A stretch of DNA of 64,000 bases from Escherichia coli (GCF_016903815.1 NZ_CP069973.1), one strand, 5' to 3'. Counted from the stretch's first letter, positions 40,584-55,365 are shown. A program made the numbers and translations. The notes: a model not told the origin generated them from the sequence alone.

Positions 40584-40666
40584 ACTGACGTACATGTTAA
40601 TAGATGGCGTGAAGCACAGTCGTGTCATCTGATTACCTGGCGGAAATTAAACTAAGAGAGAGCTCT

Positions 40667-43021
40667 ATGAATCCTGAGCGTTCTGAACGCATTGAAATCC
40701 CCGTATTGCCGCTGCGCGATGTGGTGGTTTATCCGCACATGGTCATCCCCTTATTTGTCGGGCGGGAAAAATCTATCCGTTGTCTGGAAGCGGCGATGGA
40801 CCATGATAAAAAAATTATGCTGGTCGCGCAGAAAGAAGCTTCAACGGATGAGCCGGGTGTAAACGATCTTTTCACCGTCGGGACCGTGGCCTCTATATTG
40901 CAGATGCTGAAACTGCCAGACGGCACCGTCAAAGTGCTGGTCGAGGGGTTACAGCGCGCGCGTATTTCTGCGCTCTCTGACAATGGCGAACACTTTTCTG
41001 CGAAGGCGGAGTATCTGGAGTCGCCGACCATTGATGAGCGGGAACAGGAAGTGCTGGTGCGTACTGCAATCAGCCAGTTCGAAGGCTACATCAAGCTGAA
41101 CAAAAAAATCCCACCAGAAGTGCTGACGTCGCTGAATAGCATCGACGACCCGGCGCGTCTGGCGGATACCATTGCTGCACATATGCCGCTGAAACTGGCT
41201 GACAAACAGTCCGTTCTGGAGATGTCCGACGTTAACGAACGTCTGGAATATCTGATGGCAATGATGGAATCGGAAATCGATCTGCTGCAGGTTGAGAAAC
41301 GCATTCGCAACCGCGTTAAAAAGCAGATGGAGAAATCCCAGCGTGAGTACTATCTGAACGAGCAAATGAAAGCTATTCAGAAAGAACTCGGTGAAATGGA
41401 CGACGCGCCGGACGAAAACGAAGCCCTGAAGCGCAAAATTGACGCGGCGAAAATGCCGAAAGAGGCAAAAGAGAAAGCGGAAGCAGAGTTGCAGAAGCTG
41501 AAAATGATGTCTCCGATGTCGGCAGAAGCGACCGTAGTGCGTGGTTATATCGACTGGATGGTACAGGTGCCGTGGAATGCGCGCAGCAAGGTCAAAAAAG
41601 ACCTGCGTCAGGCGCAGGAAATCCTTGATACCGACCATTATGGTCTGGAGCGCGTGAAAGATCGCATCCTTGAGTATCTTGCGGTTCAAAGCCGTGTCAA
41701 CAAAATCAAGGGACCGATCCTCTGCCTGGTAGGGCCGCCGGGGGTAGGTAAAACCTCTCTTGGTCAGTCCATTGCCAAAGCCACCGGGCGTAAATATGTC
41801 CGTATGGCGCTGGGCGGCGTGCGTGATGAAGCGGAAATCCGTGGTCACCGCCGTACTTACATCGGTTCTATGCCGGGTAAACTGATCCAGAAAATGGCGA
41901 AAGTGGGCGTGAAAAACCCGCTGTTCCTGCTCGATGAGATCGACAAAATGTCTTCTGACATGCGTGGCGATCCGGCCTCCGCACTGCTTGAAGTGCTGGA
42001 TCCAGAGCAGAACGTAGCGTTCAGCGACCACTACCTGGAAGTGGATTACGATCTCAGCGACGTGATGTTTGTCGCGACGTCGAACTCCATGAACATTCCG
42101 GCACCGCTGCTGGATCGTATGGAAGTGATTCGCCTCTCCGGTTATACCGAAGATGAAAAACTGAACATCGCCAAACGTCACCTGTTGCCGAAGCAGATTG
42201 AACGTAATGCACTGAAAAAAGGTGAGCTGACCGTCGACGATAGCGCCATTATCGGCATTATTCGTTATTACACCCGTGAGGCGGGCGTGCGTGGTCTGGA
42301 GCGTGAAATCTCCAAACTGTGTCGCAAAGCGGTTAAGCAGTTACTGCTCGATAAGTCATTAAAACATATCGAAATTAACGGTGATAACCTGCATGACTAC
42401 CTCGGTGTTCAGCGTTTCGACTATGGACGCGCTGATAACGAAAACCGTGTCGGTCAGGTAACTGGTCTGGCGTGGACGGAAGTGGGCGGTGACTTGCTGA
42501 CCATTGAAACCGCGTGCGTTCCGGGTAAAGGCAAACTGACCTATACCGGATCGCTTGGCGAAGTGATGCAGGAGTCCATTCAGGCGGCGTTAACGGTGGT
42601 TCGTGCGCGTGCGGAAAAACTGGGGATCAACCCTGATTTTTACGAAAAACGCGACATCCACGTCCACGTACCGGAAGGTGCGACGCCGAAAGATGGTCCG
42701 AGTGCCGGTATTGCTATGTGCACCGCGCTGGTTTCTTGCCTGACCGGTAACCCGGTTCGTGCCGATGTGGCAATGACCGGTGAGATCACTCTGCGTGGTC
42801 AGGTACTGCCGATCGGTGGTTTGAAAGAAAAACTACTGGCAGCGCATCGTGGCGGGATTAAAACAGTGCTAATTCCGTTCGAAAATAAACGCGATCTGGA
42901 AGAGATTCCTGACAACGTAATTGCCGATCTGGACATTCATCCTGTGAAGCGCATTGAGGAAGTTCTGACTCTGGCGCTGCAAAATGAACCGTCTGGCATG
43001 CAGGTTGTGACTGCAAAATAG
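40667..43021 (+). CDS. lon: ATP-dependent protease Lon
   Basis: ATG at 40667 gives the 784-aa [44 protein letters not shown]... protein with Walker A (GPPGVGKTS) and catalytic Ser (PKDGPSAG). Confidence 0.95.
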   Translation: MNPERSERIEIPVLPLRDVVVYPHMVIPLFVGREKSIRCLEAAMDHDKKIMLVAQKEASTDEPGVNDLFTVGTVASILQMLKLPDGTVKVLVEGLQRARISALSDNGEHFSAKAEYLESPTIDEREQEVLVRTAISQFEGYIKLNKKIPPEVLTSLNSIDDPARLADTIAAHMPLKLADKQSVLEMSDVNERLEYLMAMMESEIDLLQVEKRIRNRVKKQMEKSQREYYLNEQMKAIQKELGEMDDAPDENEALKRKIDAAKMPKEAKEKAEAELQKLKMMSPMSAEATVVRGYIDWMVQVPWNARSKVKKDLRQAQEILDTDHYGLERVKDRILEYLAVQSRVNKIKGPILCLVGPPGVGKTSLGQSIAKATGRKYVRMALGGVRDEAEIRGHRRTYIGSMPGKLIQKMAKVGVKNPLFLLDEIDKMSSDMRGDPASALLEVLDPEQNVAFSDHYLEVDYDLSDVMFVATSNSMNIPAPLLDRMEVIRLSGYTEDEKLNIAKRHLLPKQIERNALKKGELTVDDSAIIGIIRYYTREAGVRGLEREISKLCRKAVKQLLLDKSLKHIEINGDNLHDYLGVQRFDYGRADNENRVGQVTGLAWTEVGGDLLTIETACVPGKGKLTYTGSLGEVMQESIQAALTVVRARAEKLGINPDFYEKRDIHVHVPEGATPKDGPSAGIAMCTALVSCLTGNPVRADVAMTGEITLRGQVLPIGGLKEKLLAAHRGGIKTVLIPFENKRDLEEIPDNVIADLDIHPVKRIEEVLTLALQNEPSGMQVVTAK

Positions 43022-43053
43022 TGACCTCGCGCAAAATGCACTAATAAAAACAG

Positions 43054-43090
43054 GGCTGGCAGGCTAATTCGGGCTTGCCAGCCTTTTTTT
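43054..43090 (+). terminator. rho-independent terminator after lon
   Basis: Hairpin ggctggcaggc taattcg ggcttgccagcc followed by a T7 run. Confidence 0.7.
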
Positions 43091-43229
43091 GTCTCGCTAA
43101 GTTAGATGGCGGATCGGGCTTGCCCTTATTAAGGGGTGTTGTAAGGGGATGGCTGGCCTGATATAACTGCTGCGCGTTCGTACCTTGAAGGATTCAAGTG
43201 CGATATAAATTATAAAGAGGAAGAGAAGA

Positions 43230-43502
43230 GTGAATAAATCTCAATTGATCGACAAGATTGCTGCAGGGGCTGATATCTCTAAAGCTGCGGCTGGCCGTGC
43301 GTTAGATGCTATTATTGCTTCCGTAACTGAATCTCTGAAAGAAGGGGATGATGTAGCACTGGTAGGTTTTGGTACTTTTGCCGTTAAAGAGCGTGCTGCC
43401 CGTACTGGCCGCAACCCGCAGACCGGTAAAGAGATCACCATCGCTGCTGCTAAAGTACCGAGCTTCCGTGCAGGTAAAGCACTGAAAGACGCGGTAAACT
43501 AA
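43230..43502 (+). CDS. hupB: DNA-binding protein HU-beta
   Basis: 90-aa [32 protein letters not shown]... Confidence 0.95.
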
Positions 43503-43536
43503 GCGTTGTCCCCAGTGGGGATGTGACGAAGTTCAA

Positions 43537-43566
43537 GGGCGCATCTACTGATGTGCCTTTTTTATT
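43537..43566 (+). terminator. rho-independent terminator after hupB
   Basis: Hairpin ggcgcatctactgatgtgcc followed by a T-run. Confidence 0.65.
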
Positions 43567-43693
43567 TGTATTCGGTGACTTTCTGCGTCTTGTGGGCTGA
43601 CAATTGCCCCCGTTTCTTGTCACAATAGGCCTTTGCGCGCATCGATACGTTGCGTGAGGTACACAGTCATCTACAGCGGAGTGTTGTTACACC

Positions 43694-46139
<2,446 letters not shown>

Positions 46140-46192
46140 TGACCTCTGTACTTATAACAGTTTTTATAAAAACAACGTAAGGTTATTGCGCT

Positions 46193-46591
46193 ATGCAAAC
46201 ACAAATCAAAGTTCGTGGATATCATCTCGATGTTTACCAGCACGTTAATAACGCCCGCTATCTGGAGTTTCTCGAAGAAGCCCGCTGGGATGGGTTGGAA
46301 AATAGCGACAGTTTTCAGTGGATGACGGCCCATAACATCGCCTTCGTCGTGGTCAATATCAATATTAACTATCGTCGCCCGGCGGTATTAAGCGACCTGT
46401 TAACCATTACCAGTCAGTTGCAGCAATTAAACGGTAAAAGCGGCATCTTAAGCCAGGTCATTACACTGGAGCCGGAAGGGCAAGTGGTAGCGGATGCGCT
46501 TATTACGTTTGTTTGTATTGATCTTAAAACGCAGAAAGCATTAGCTCTGGAAGGGGAATTGCGCGAAAAGCTGGAGCAGATGATTAAGTAA
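46193..46591 (+). CDS. fadM: long-chain acyl-CoA thioesterase FadM (YbaW)
   Basis: 132-aa hotdog-fold ORF MQTQIKVRGYHLDVYQHVNNARYLEF... Confidence 0.9.
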   Translation: MQTQIKVRGYHLDVYQHVNNARYLEFLEEARWDGLENSDSFQWMTAHNIAFVVVNININYRRPAVLSDLLTITSQLQQLNGKSGILSQVITLEPEGQVVADALITFVCIDLKTQKALALEGELREKLEQMIK

Positions 46592-46603
46592 ACGTTTTGT
46601 GGT

Positions 46604-46628
46604 GCCGGATGCTCAAGCCGCATCCGGC
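46604..46628. repeat. REP-like palindrome between convergent fadM and queC (may act as a bidirectional terminator)
   Basis: gccggatgctcaagccgcatccggc, a 9-bp perfect stem of the REP type. Confidence 0.55.
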
Positions 46629-46642
46629 GACACCCGGAATAA

Positions 46643-47338
46643 TTACTTCAACCCGGTTTTCTGCTTCATCGCTGCCATCACCGTCGGTTTATCGGCCAGA
46701 TAATGATTCAAACCGTTGGCGCGTAAATTACATGCCGCACAATGACCGCAACCGTCGCCTTTAATGCCGTTATAGCAGGTCAACGTTTCGTTACGGACTA
46801 AATCCAGTTTGCCGTAATAATCTGCCAGCGCCCAGGTTTCCGCTTTATCAATCCACATCAGCGGCGTTTCAAAACGAATATCTTTCGCCATGCCCAAACT
46901 GACGGCATGGTTTAGTGCTTTCACAAACTCATCGCGGCAATCCGGGTAGCCGGAGAAATCCGTTTCACAGACGCCGGTAATCACCGCTTCTGCTTTTACC
47001 TGATACGCATATATTGCCGCCAGCGTCAGGAACAAAATATTACGCCCAGGGACAAACGTATTCGGGATGCCATCAGCTTCAGGTTCATAATCAGGCACCG
47101 GAATGCTGTCACGCGTCAGGCTACTGACCGCCAGCTCGTTGAGCAGCGTTACATCAAGAACCTTATGCGCGCGTGCCCCCAGTTTCAGCGCCAGTTCGCG
47201 TGCCACGTCGATTTCTGCGCGATGTCGCTGACCGTAATCGAACGTCACGCAATGGACTTCATCATATTGTTGTAATGCCTGCACCAGACAGGTGGTGGAA
47301 TCCTGGCCTCCACTGAACACAACGACAGCACGTTTCAT
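46643..47338 (-). CDS. queC: 7-cyano-7-deazaguanine synthase QueC
   Basis: 231-aa [25 protein letters not shown]... with PP-loop SGGxDS and C-terminal Cys cluster. Confidence 0.95.
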   Translation of the reverse strand: MKRAVVVFSGGQDSTTCLVQALQQYDEVHCVTFDYGQRHRAEIDVARELALKLGARAHKVLDVTLLNELAVSSLTRDSIPVPDYEPEADGIPNTFVPGRNILFLTLAAIYAYQVKAEAVITGVCETDFSGYPDCRDEFVKALNHAVSLGMAKDIRFETPLMWIDKAETWALADYYGKLDLVRNETLTCYNGIKGDGCGHCAACNLRANGLNHYLADKPTVMAAMKQKTGLK

Positions 47339-47402
47339 AGATAATCCTGCTTGAACAATAAAAGCGTTATGGTAACGCCTGCGATTAACCCGGACCAGCT
47401 AT

Positions 47403-47860
<458 letters not shown>

Positions 47861-47884
47861 TGAATAGCGCAATATTTCATCGTT

Positions 47885-47925
47885 GGTGCAAAAATGTAAC
47901 GCACTGTGCACTGTCATAGTGCGTT
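47885..47925 (+). promoter_or_regulatory. probable NtrC (enhancer) binding sites upstream of glnK
   Basis: ttggtgca...gcactgtgcactgtcatagtgcg contains TGCAC/GTGCA half-site dyads resembling the NtrC consensus TGCACC-N5-GGTGCA. Confidence 0.5.
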
Positions 47926-47975
47926 TTCATTTTCAATCTTCTTAACTTCCTGCTCTCTTTCTCGTTTTTCATTTC

Positions 47976-47991
47976 TGGCACACCGCTTGCA
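47976..47991 (+). promoter_or_regulatory. sigma-54 (-24/-12) promoter of glnK-amtB
   Basis: TGGCAC-accgc-TTGCA, an exact match to the sigma-54 consensus, about 55 bp upstream of the glnK ATG. Confidence 0.8.
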
Positions 47992-48043
47992 ATACCTTCT
48001 TCGTGTAGCAGAACCATTACCGAATTCTGACCGGAGGGGATCT

Positions 48044-48382
48044 ATGAAGCTGGTGACCGTGATAATCAAACCATTCAAGCTGGAAGACGTTCGTGAAGCG
48101 TTATCTTCCATTGGTATTCAGGGCCTGACCGTCACCGAAGTGAAAGGTTTCGGGCGTCAGAAAGGGCATGCCGAGCTGTACCGGGGAGCGGAATACAGCG
48201 TCAACTTCCTGCCAAAAGTAAAAATTGATGTGGCGATTGCTGATGACCAACTCGATGAAGTGATCGATATCGTCAGTAAGGCGGCTTACACCGGAAAAAT
48301 TGGCGACGGCAAAATCTTCGTCGCTGAATTGCAACGCGTCATTCGTATTCGTACCGGCGAAGCCGACGAAGCGGCGCTGTAA
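48044..48382 (+). CDS. glnK: PII nitrogen regulatory protein GlnK
   Basis: ATG at 48044 gives the 112-aa MKLVTVIIKPFKLEDVREALSSIGIQGLTVTEVKGFGRQKGH... protein; followed by amtB. Confidence 0.95.
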   Translation: MKLVTVIIKPFKLEDVREALSSIGIQGLTVTEVKGFGRQKGHAELYRGAEYSVNFLPKVKIDVAIADDQLDEVIDIVSKAAYTGKIGDGKIFVAELQRVIRIRTGEADEAAL

Positions 48383-48411
48383 TCTCTGGCACACAGCAAC
48401 AGGAACGAAAA

Positions 48412-49698
48412 ATGAAGATAGCGACGATAAAAACTGGGCTTGCTTCACTGGCGATGCTGCCGGGACTGGTAATGGCTGCACCTGCGGTGGCCGATAAAGC
48501 CGACAATGCGTTTATGATGATCTGTACTGCGCTGGTGCTGTTTATGACTATTCCGGGGATTGCCCTGTTTTACGGTGGGTTGATTCGCGGCAAAAACGTG
48601 CTGTCGATGCTGACGCAGGTGACGGTGACGTTTGCACTGGTCTGTATTCTCTGGGTGGTTTACGGTTACTCGCTGGCGTTTGGTGAGGGCAACAACTTCT
48701 TCGGCAACATTAACTGGCTGATGCTGAAAAACATCGAACTGACGGCGGTGATGGGCAGCATTTATCAGTATATCCACGTAGCGTTTCAGGGATCGTTTGC
48801 CTGCATTACCGTAGGCTTGATAGTTGGAGCACTGGCGGAACGAATCCGCTTCTCAGCTGTGTTGATTTTCGTGGTGGTATGGCTGACGCTCTCCTACATT
48901 CCGATTGCGCATATGGTCTGGGGCGGCGGTTTGCTGGCTTCTCACGGTGCACTGGATTTCGCGGGTGGCACCGTGGTGCACATTAACGCCGCAATCGCCG
49001 GTCTGGTGGGCGCATATCTGATAGGCAAACGCGTGGGCTTCGGCAAAGAGGCGTTTAAACCGCACAACCTGCCGATGGTCTTCACCGGGACTGCCATTCT
49101 CTATATCGGTTGGTTTGGCTTTAACGCCGGGTCAGCGGGCACGGCGAATGAAATCGCAGCACTGGCATTTGTGAATACTGTGGTCGCAACGGCGGCGGCA
49201 ATTCTTGGCTGGATCTTCGGTGAATGGGCGCTGCGTGGTAAGCCTTCACTGCTGGGAGCGTGTTCAGGCGCGATTGCCGGTCTGGTCGGCGTGACGCCAG
49301 CCTGTGGCTACATTGGGGTTGGCGGCGCGTTGATTATCGGCGTGGTAGCTGGTCTGGCGGGCTTGTGGGGCGTTACCATGCTCAAACGCTTGCTGCGGGT
49401 GGATGATCCCTGCGATGTCTTCGGTGTGCACGGCGTTTGTGGCATTGTCGGCTGTATCATGACCGGGATTTTTGCCGCCAGTTCGCTGGGTGGCGTGGGC
49501 TTCGCTGAAGGTGTGACGATGGGCCATCAGTTGCTGGTACAGCTGGAAAGCATCGCCATTACGATCGTCTGGTCCGGTGTGGTGGCATTTATTGGCTACA
49601 AACTGGCGGATCTGACGGTTGGCCTGCGTGTGCCGGAAGAACAAGAGCGAGAAGGGCTGGACGTCAACAGCCACGGCGAGAATGCCTATAACGCGTAA
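48412..49698 (+). CDS. amtB: ammonium transporter AmtB
   Basis: 428-aa ORF with signal peptide, MKIATIKTGLASLAMLPGLVMAAPAVA..., and Amt-family TM pattern. Confidence 0.95.
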   Translation: MKIATIKTGLASLAMLPGLVMAAPAVADKADNAFMMICTALVLFMTIPGIALFYGGLIRGKNVLSMLTQVTVTFALVCILWVVYGYSLAFGEGNNFFGNINWLMLKNIELTAVMGSIYQYIHVAFQGSFACITVGLIVGALAERIRFSAVLIFVVVWLTLSYIPIAHMVWGGGLLASHGALDFAGGTVVHINAAIAGLVGAYLIGKRVGFGKEAFKPHNLPMVFTGTAILYIGWFGFNAGSAGTANEIAALAFVNTVVATAAAILGWIFGEWALRGKPSLLGACSGAIAGLVGVTPACGYIGVGGALIIGVVAGLAGLWGVTMLKRLLRVDDPCDVFGVHGVCGIVGCIMTGIFAASSLGGVGFAEGVTMGHQLLVQLESIAITIVWSGVVAFIGYKLADLTVGLRVPEEQEREGLDVNSHGENAYNA

Positions 49699-49717
49699 CA
49701 AGCACTGCAAAAAAACA

Positions 49718-49749
49718 GCCGGACGGTTTTCACCTCCGGCTATTTTTTT
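49718..49749. terminator. bidirectional terminator between convergent amtB and tesB
   Basis: Hairpin gccggacggttttcacctccggc flanked by an A7 run upstream and a T-rich run downstream. Confidence 0.65.
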
Positions 49750-50608
49750 AATTGTGATTACGCATCACCCCTTCCTGAACGGTCGAGGCAACCAGCACGC
49801 CATCCTGGGTATAAAACTCACCGCGCACAAAGCCGCGAGCGCTGGACGCCGAGGTGCTCTCCACGCTATACAGCAGCCATTCATTCAAATTCAACGGGCG
49901 ATGGAACCACATGGAATGGTCAATGGTGGCAATCTGAATCCCCGGTTCGAGAAAACCGATGCCGTGCGGCTGTAAAGCTACCGGCAGGAAATTAAGATCA
50001 GAAGCGTAACCGAGCAGATACTGATGAACGCGCAGATCATCCGGCACGTTACCATTTGCGCGGATCCACACCTGACGATGCGGTTCTGCGACGTGCCCTT
50101 TCAGTGGGTTATGAAACTCCACCGGACGGACTTCAAGCGGACGATCGCAGATGAATTTATCTTTCAGCACTGGCGGCAGCAGGTGCGCCAGCGATTGGGC
50201 GATTTGCGTTTCCGAAGGCAGGCCATCAGGCGCTGGCGCGGACGGCATTGTTTTTTGATGTTCGAAACCCGCTTCTGGTGCCTGGAAAGAGGCAGTCATA
50301 TAAAAAATCGGTTTGCCGTTTTGAATAGCAGCAACCCGGCGGGCGCTGAAGCTGTTACCGTCACGCAGCGTTTCGACATCATAAATAATCGGCTTCTTAC
50401 TATCGCCTGGGCGAAGAAAGTAGCTGTGAAACGAATGTACCAGCCGCTCTTCAGGGACGGTCTCTTTTGCAGCATACAAGGCCTGACCCACGACCTGGCC
50501 GCCAAACACCTGGCGTAAACCTAAATCTTCACTCTGGCCGCGAAAGAGTCCTTCCTCAATTTTTTCCAGATTTAACAATGTCAGTAAATTTTTTAGCGCC
50601 TGACTCAT
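49748..50608 (-). CDS. tesB: acyl-CoA thioesterase II TesB
   Basis: Start at [30 protein letters not shown]... gives 286 aa. Confidence 0.9.
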   Translation of the reverse strand: MSQALKNLLTLLNLEKIEEGLFRGQSEDLGLRQVFGGQVVGQALYAAKETVPEERLVHSFHSYFLRPGDSKKPIIYDVETLRDGNSFSARRVAAIQNGKPIFYMTASFQAPEAGFEHQKTMPSAPAPDGLPSETQIAQSLAHLLPPVLKDKFICDRPLEVRPVEFHNPLKGHVAEPHRQVWIRANGNVPDDLRVHQYLLGYASDLNFLPVALQPHGIGFLEPGIQIATIDHSMWFHRPLNLNEWLLYSVESTSASSARGFVRGEFYTQDGVLVASTVQEGVMRNHN

Positions 50609-50825
50609 ATAACTCTCCAGTAACAAAGCTGCCGCAGCAAGCCAAAGTGAGTTGAGTATAACGCAAATTTGCCACTGGTCCGATGGGGGCAATGGTCTGA
50701 ATTACGGGCTAATTACAGGCAGAAATGCGTGATGTGTGCCACACTTGTTGACGTTACTATTTTGTTAACCACTCTTCCGGCGAGGAAAGTTAGCCCGCTG
50801 GTGCATTGATAATAAGGAGAAGTGA

Positions 50826-51398
50826 ATGAAACTCGTGCACATGGCCAGTGGTTTAGCGGTTGCGATTGCGTTGGCGGCTTGCGCAGATAAAAGCGCGGAT
50901 ATTCAGACGCCAGCACCGGCGGCAAATACGTCTATTTCAGCAACACAACAACCTGCTATCCAGCAACCGAATGTCTCCGGTACCGTCTGGATCCGTCAGA
51001 AAGTCGCACTGCCGCCTGATGCTGTGCTGACCGTGACACTTTCTGACGCGTCGTTAGCCGATGCACCGTCAAAAGTACTGGCGCAGAAAGCGGTGCGTAC
51101 CGAAGGCAAACAGTCACCATTCAGCTTTGTTCTGCCATTTAATCCGGCAGATGTTCAGCCGAATGCGCGTATTCTGTTGAGTGCGGCGATTACCGTGAAT
51201 GACAAACTGGTATTTATTACCGATACCGTTCAGCCGGTGATCAACCAGGGCGGAACTAAAGCCGACCTGACATTGGTGCCGGTGCAGCAAACCGCCGTGC
51301 CGGTTCAGGCCAGCGGTGGCGCAACGACTACTGTACCTTCGACTTCACCAACTCAGGTGAATCCGTCTTCGGCAGTTCCAGCTCCTACGCAATATTAA
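50826..51398 (+). CDS. ybaY: lipoprotein YbaY
   Basis: 190-aa ORF with lipoprotein signal (LAACADKS) and Pro/Thr/Ser-rich C-terminal tail. Confidence 0.9.
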   Translation: MKLVHMASGLAVAIALAACADKSADIQTPAPAANTSISATQQPAIQQPNVSGTVWIRQKVALPPDAVLTVTLSDASLADAPSKVLAQKAVRTEGKQSPFSFVLPFNPADVQPNARILLSAAITVNDKLVFITDTVQPVINQGGTKADLTLVPVQQTAVPVQASGGATTTVPSTSPTQVNPSSAVPAPTQY

Positions 51399-51428
51399 GC
51401 GCAGTTAACCCTCTCCGCCCGGAGAGGG

Positions 51429-51818
51429 TTAGTAGTTCCAGCGATAACGCTGCAAGTCGATTTGCCCGCTTCCCGATACCATCACACCTTCTGCCAGTAA
51501 TGCCTGTCGTTGACGCTGTAAATCCGGTCCGGTTAGCGAAATTGTGCCGTGGCGATTAACCACCCGATGCCAGGGTAAGGTGCTGCCTTCAGGGAGACGC
51601 TTTAACACACCGCCCACCTGGCGCGCGGCGCGGGGCGATCCTGCCAGTTTCGCCACATCACCGTAAGTGGTGACATAGCCTTCGGGAATAGCGGCTACGA
51701 TTTGCCAGACGCGTTGGGGAAATGAATCTTCTTTTTCCATCTTTTCTTCCTGAGGTAATTTTTCAGCATAATCTGGAAAAACGCCCGAGTGAAGTCGCAT
51801 TGCGCAAGAAACCAGCAT
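51429..51818 (-). CDS. ybaZ: alkyltransferase-like DNA-repair protein Atl (YbaZ)
   Basis: Start at MLVSCAMRLHSGVFPDYAEKL... gives 129 aa; the active-site Cys of true alkyltransferases is replaced (PWHRVV). Confidence 0.85.
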   Translation of the reverse strand: MLVSCAMRLHSGVFPDYAEKLPQEEKMEKEDSFPQRVWQIVAAIPEGYVTTYGDVAKLAGSPRAARQVGGVLKRLPEGSTLPWHRVVNRHGTISLTGPDLQRQRQALLAEGVMVSGSGQIDLQRYRWNY

Positions 51819-52118
51819 CCGGCACGCAATGGGTTGCAATTAGCCGGGGCAGCAGTGATAATGCGCCTGCGCGTTGGTTCTCAACGCTCTCAATGGGGGC
51901 TCTGTTGGTTCTCCCGCAACGCTACTCTGTTTACCAGGTCAGGTCCGGAAGGAAGCAGCCAAGGCAGATGACGCGTGTGCCGGGATGTAGCTGGCAGGGC
52001 CCCCACCCATTTCTGCCTCCCCCCGTTTCGTCAAAAAATCCCAACATGGCTAAACTTTAACCACAACTGACGTCGCAAGAATTGTCTGGCTGCGCAGTAC
52101 GCTTCGGAGGTATGTCTG

Positions 52119-52472
52119 ATGAAGTATGTTGATGGTTTTGTGGTTGCCGTTCCTGCCGATAAAAAGGATGCCTATCGGGAAATGGCTGCTAAGGCTGCGC
52201 CATTGTTTAAAGAGTTTGGCGCGCTTCGTATTGTCGAATGCTGGGCCAGCGATGTACCGGATGGCAAAGTGACCGATTTTCGTATGGCGGTAAAAGCTGA
52301 AGAGAATGAAGAGGTTGTCTTTAGCTGGATTGAATACCCCTCAAAAGAGGTCCGCGACGCTGCTAATCAAAAGATGATGTCGGACCCACGGATGAAAGAG
52401 TTCGGCGAGTCCATGCCGTTTGATGGTAAGCGAATGATTTATGGCGGATTCGAGTCAATCATCGACGAATAG
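52119..52472 (+). CDS. ybaA: DUF1428-family protein YbaA
   Basis: 117-aa ORF MKYVDGFVVAVPADKKDAYREMAAKA... Confidence 0.85.
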   Translation: MKYVDGFVVAVPADKKDAYREMAAKAAPLFKEFGALRIVECWASDVPDGKVTDFRMAVKAEENEEVVFSWIEYPSKEVRDAANQKMMSDPRMKEFGESMPFDGKRMIYGGFESIIDE

Positions 52473-52513
52473 GTAGCGTGACGGGCTGTGCGGCGTGCCG
52501 TCAGCCCTACAAT

Positions 52514-54070
52514 TCACAAATGTTGCTCGGCCCAGCGTAAGAAATCTTCTTTCGGTAATGCCTTGCTGTAGAGCCAGCCCTGACCGTAGTGCACGCCATG
52601 CTGGCGTAACCACTCTTCTTGCTTACTGGTTTCGATTCCCTCCGCTACCATTTTCAGTTTCAGTGTTTTTGCCATTTCGATGATATGCGGCGTGACATTT
52701 TTATATTCCAGCGCATCAACGAAAGATTTATCGATCTTCAGAATGTCGACATCCAGATCCTGTAAATAACTTAAACTTGAATACCCCGTACCAAAATCAT
52801 CAAGATAAATTTCATGGCCCGCCTCCCGGTAGCGAGAAATTATCGGGGCGCTGGTTTTCGGATCGGCAAACTCGCGTTCAGTGAGTTCAAGCGCGATCTG
52901 TCTGGGATTAACCTGATAGTGATTGATCATTTCACGCAGCAATTGCGGGATTTTTTCCGAGGTGAGCACGGTGGATTCAAGATTGATCGAAATATGCTGC
53001 TGCGGATGCTGACGCAGCCAGTCGCCCATATCTTCGAAGACGCTTCTTATAATCAGTAGCGTCAATGGCTCAGAAAGGCCCGTTTGCTGTGCCAGCGGAA
53101 TAAAACTATCTGGTGACAACCAACTACCGTCTGTCTGCGGCCAGCGCGCCAGTGCCTCAGCACCGACAATTTTGCCATTGGCTAAGGAGACAATCGGCTG
53201 ATAGTGCACGCAAATATCACGATTTTCGATAGCATCCTGCAGCCGATGATGTGGTGACTGGATACGGCGCAAAATACGCAGCACAAACATCGCTGCCAGC
53301 AGGCCAATCACCAACCCGAGCGGTAACCAAATAAAGACTTGCCGATGCCAGCCTTTCTGCAACATTTTCGTTGAAGCCCAGGTGATGATCGAAATATTCA
53401 TTTCCGGGAAGGGCAGGATATCGTAAATGATTCCATTATTTTCGATATGCTCACCGGGTGTTTTTTGTAGTCTGGTAATAATTCCCTGAGCAATTTCATC
53501 GCTGCTGGTTATCACAACGTTATGGGCATTGCCAATAATGGCGGCATCAATTTGCCATGAGCTATAGGGAATGACATCAATAAAGGAAGCGGGGTCGATC
53601 ATGACGACATAATGTGCCGTTCCCATGGCAACCATGTAACGGATAATGCCTAAATCGTTATGCGATGTTAACCAGACACGATAACCATCTTTCGAAATTT
53701 TACCTGGCTCGGGGAAGGTATCGGGCGGGCTTTCATGCTCCAGAGACGAACACTGGGGAACGTTGTTATCGATATAAACCACTTCCTGAATATAGCGATA
53801 ACTGTAAGATACCCGACGCATTTCCATGAGATGGGCTTCGCTACAGGCAGCGCCTTGCCATCTTTCCAGCTCTTGCAGTGCATCTTTCCCTTGTATCGCC
53901 ACCTTATTGGCCCGAATAGCGACGCGGGAGGAATAGGTATTCAGCTCTTCAATAAATGATGTTTCTACCTGCTGATGGGCCAGCCAGATGCTTAAGCCGA
54001 CAGGCAGCAATACTGAAAGAATCAGTACTCCCGAAATAAGGCCGACCAGATGTCGTGTTCTCACCAGCAT
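52514..54070 (-). CDS. pdeB: c-di-GMP phosphodiesterase PdeB (YlaB), CSS-motif sensor plus EAL domain
   Basis: 518-aa ORF with N-terminal TM segment, periplasmic sensor region and C-terminal EAL domain; the true start may be 1-2 codons downstream. Confidence 0.85.
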   Translation of the reverse strand: MLVRTRHLVGLISGVLILSVLLPVGLSIWLAHQQVETSFIEELNTYSSRVAIRANKVAIQGKDALQELERWQGAACSEAHLMEMRRVSYSYRYIQEVVYIDNNVPQCSSLEHESPPDTFPEPGKISKDGYRVWLTSHNDLGIIRYMVAMGTAHYVVMIDPASFIDVIPYSSWQIDAAIIGNAHNVVITSSDEIAQGIITRLQKTPGEHIENNGIIYDILPFPEMNISIITWASTKMLQKGWHRQVFIWLPLGLVIGLLAAMFVLRILRRIQSPHHRLQDAIENRDICVHYQPIVSLANGKIVGAEALARWPQTDGSWLSPDSFIPLAQQTGLSEPLTLLIIRSVFEDMGDWLRQHPQQHISINLESTVLTSEKIPQLLREMINHYQVNPRQIALELTEREFADPKTSAPIISRYREAGHEIYLDDFGTGYSSLSYLQDLDVDILKIDKSFVDALEYKNVTPHIIEMAKTLKLKMVAEGIETSKQEEWLRQHGVHYGQGWLYSKALPKEDFLRWAEQHL

Positions 54071-54227
54071 ATCCTTATTAACACAGTGTAGAGAAAGTAT
54101 ATCCGATTGTGGAAAAAGGCTGGCAGGAGATAAGGAGGTAGAGCCGGTATTTCATCAAGTGATGGGTGGAAACGAACGTTGTCATTTGACCAGGCGCAGA
54201 GCTTTACGCCTGGTATGTAACTCTAAC

Positions 54228-54698
54228 TTAAGATGTTGATTCGGCGCGAGCAAGGGTAAAAATATCGTAAAAAGACAATTCACCTTTACGGACGATCATT
54301 TTTTGCAGTTGTTCTTTTTGAACATCCGCGACACGCGGAGAGTTCAAGATGGCTTCAACCAGCGCGGCAGGTACAAAGCGCGTGTTGTACCATTCGCCGT
54401 TATAGCAAACGCGGAAATCCAGCACGTCGATATCTTCATAGCGGTAGCGTGGGTAGACATCGAAAAAGAAGAAACCATTAAGCAGGATAAATAATACAAC
54501 CAGTAGCCAGACAGAGCCTGAAAGCGTTTCGGACTGCAACATCACCGCCAGGGTGGCAAAAAAAGCAACATACATACCGATAAACAGCCCCGGATGTTTA
54601 CGGATAAAACTGATACTAAAGCGGGGTTTGTTGTCGCGTTTTTCGCGGGTATTTAGAGACTCAATTGTTTCGGTCAACAGGCGTTGTATTTCGGTCAT
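54228..54698 (-). CDS. ylaC: inner-membrane protein YlaC
   Basis: Start at [22 protein letters not shown]... gives 156 aa. Confidence 0.85.
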   Translation of the reverse strand: MTEIQRLLTETIESLNTREKRDNKPRFSISFIRKHPGLFIGMYVAFFATLAVMLQSETLSGSVWLLVVLFILLNGFFFFDVYPRYRYEDIDVLDFRVCYNGEWYNTRFVPAALVEAILNSPRVADVQKEQLQKMIVRKGELSFYDIFTLARAESTS

Positions 54699-54813
54699 CG
54701 TTTGCCTTCGTGGTATCTGCAACTTTCCAGGGAACACCCTATTTTAACGTGGGAATAGTAGAGGGAAAGTAACAGATTTACCACAATTTTGCATAACAGT
54801 TGCGAAAAGCTGG

Positions 54814-55365
54814 TTACAATTTTTTAATGATTCTGGCTGGATTACCGCCCACGACAACGTTGTCCGGGACATCTTTTGTGACAACTGCACCTGAGGCTAC
54901 CACGACGTTATCACCAATGGTCACACCAGGGTTAATGACCGCGCGTCCGCCAATCCAGACGTTATTACCGATGGTGACGGGTTTCCCCAGTTCAGCACCG
55001 CTATTACGTGCTACAGGGTCGATGGGATGTGTTGCCGTGTAGATATGAACGCCTGGTGCCAACATACAGTTATCACCGATGCGAATAGGGCAGACATCAA
55101 GCATCACGCAATCGAAGTTGGCGAAAAAATTATTGCCGAGAAAAATGTTATAGCCATAATCACAGCGAAACGTTGACTCAATATAAGCCTCTGTCACCTG
55201 ACCGAATAAATCAGCGAGAATTTGCTGGCGTAATGTGTGCTCTTCCGCCAGGGAATGATTGTATCGGTGAATAAGCTGACGAGCGCGCAGGCGATCGCGA
55301 GATAACGTCTCATCTGCCGAGCGATACAACTCACCAGCAATCATCTTTTCTTTTTCTGTGCTCAT
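54814..55365 (-). CDS. maa: maltose O-acetyltransferase Maa
   Basis: 183-aa [34 protein letters not shown]... with hexapeptide-repeat C-terminus. Confidence 0.95.
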   Translation of the reverse strand: MSTEKEKMIAGELYRSADETLSRDRLRARQLIHRYNHSLAEEHTLRQQILADLFGQVTEAYIESTFRCDYGYNIFLGNNFFANFDCVMLDVCPIRIGDNCMLAPGVHIYTATHPIDPVARNSGAELGKPVTIGNNVWIGGRAVINPGVTIGDNVVVASGAVVTKDVPDNVVVGGNPARIIKKL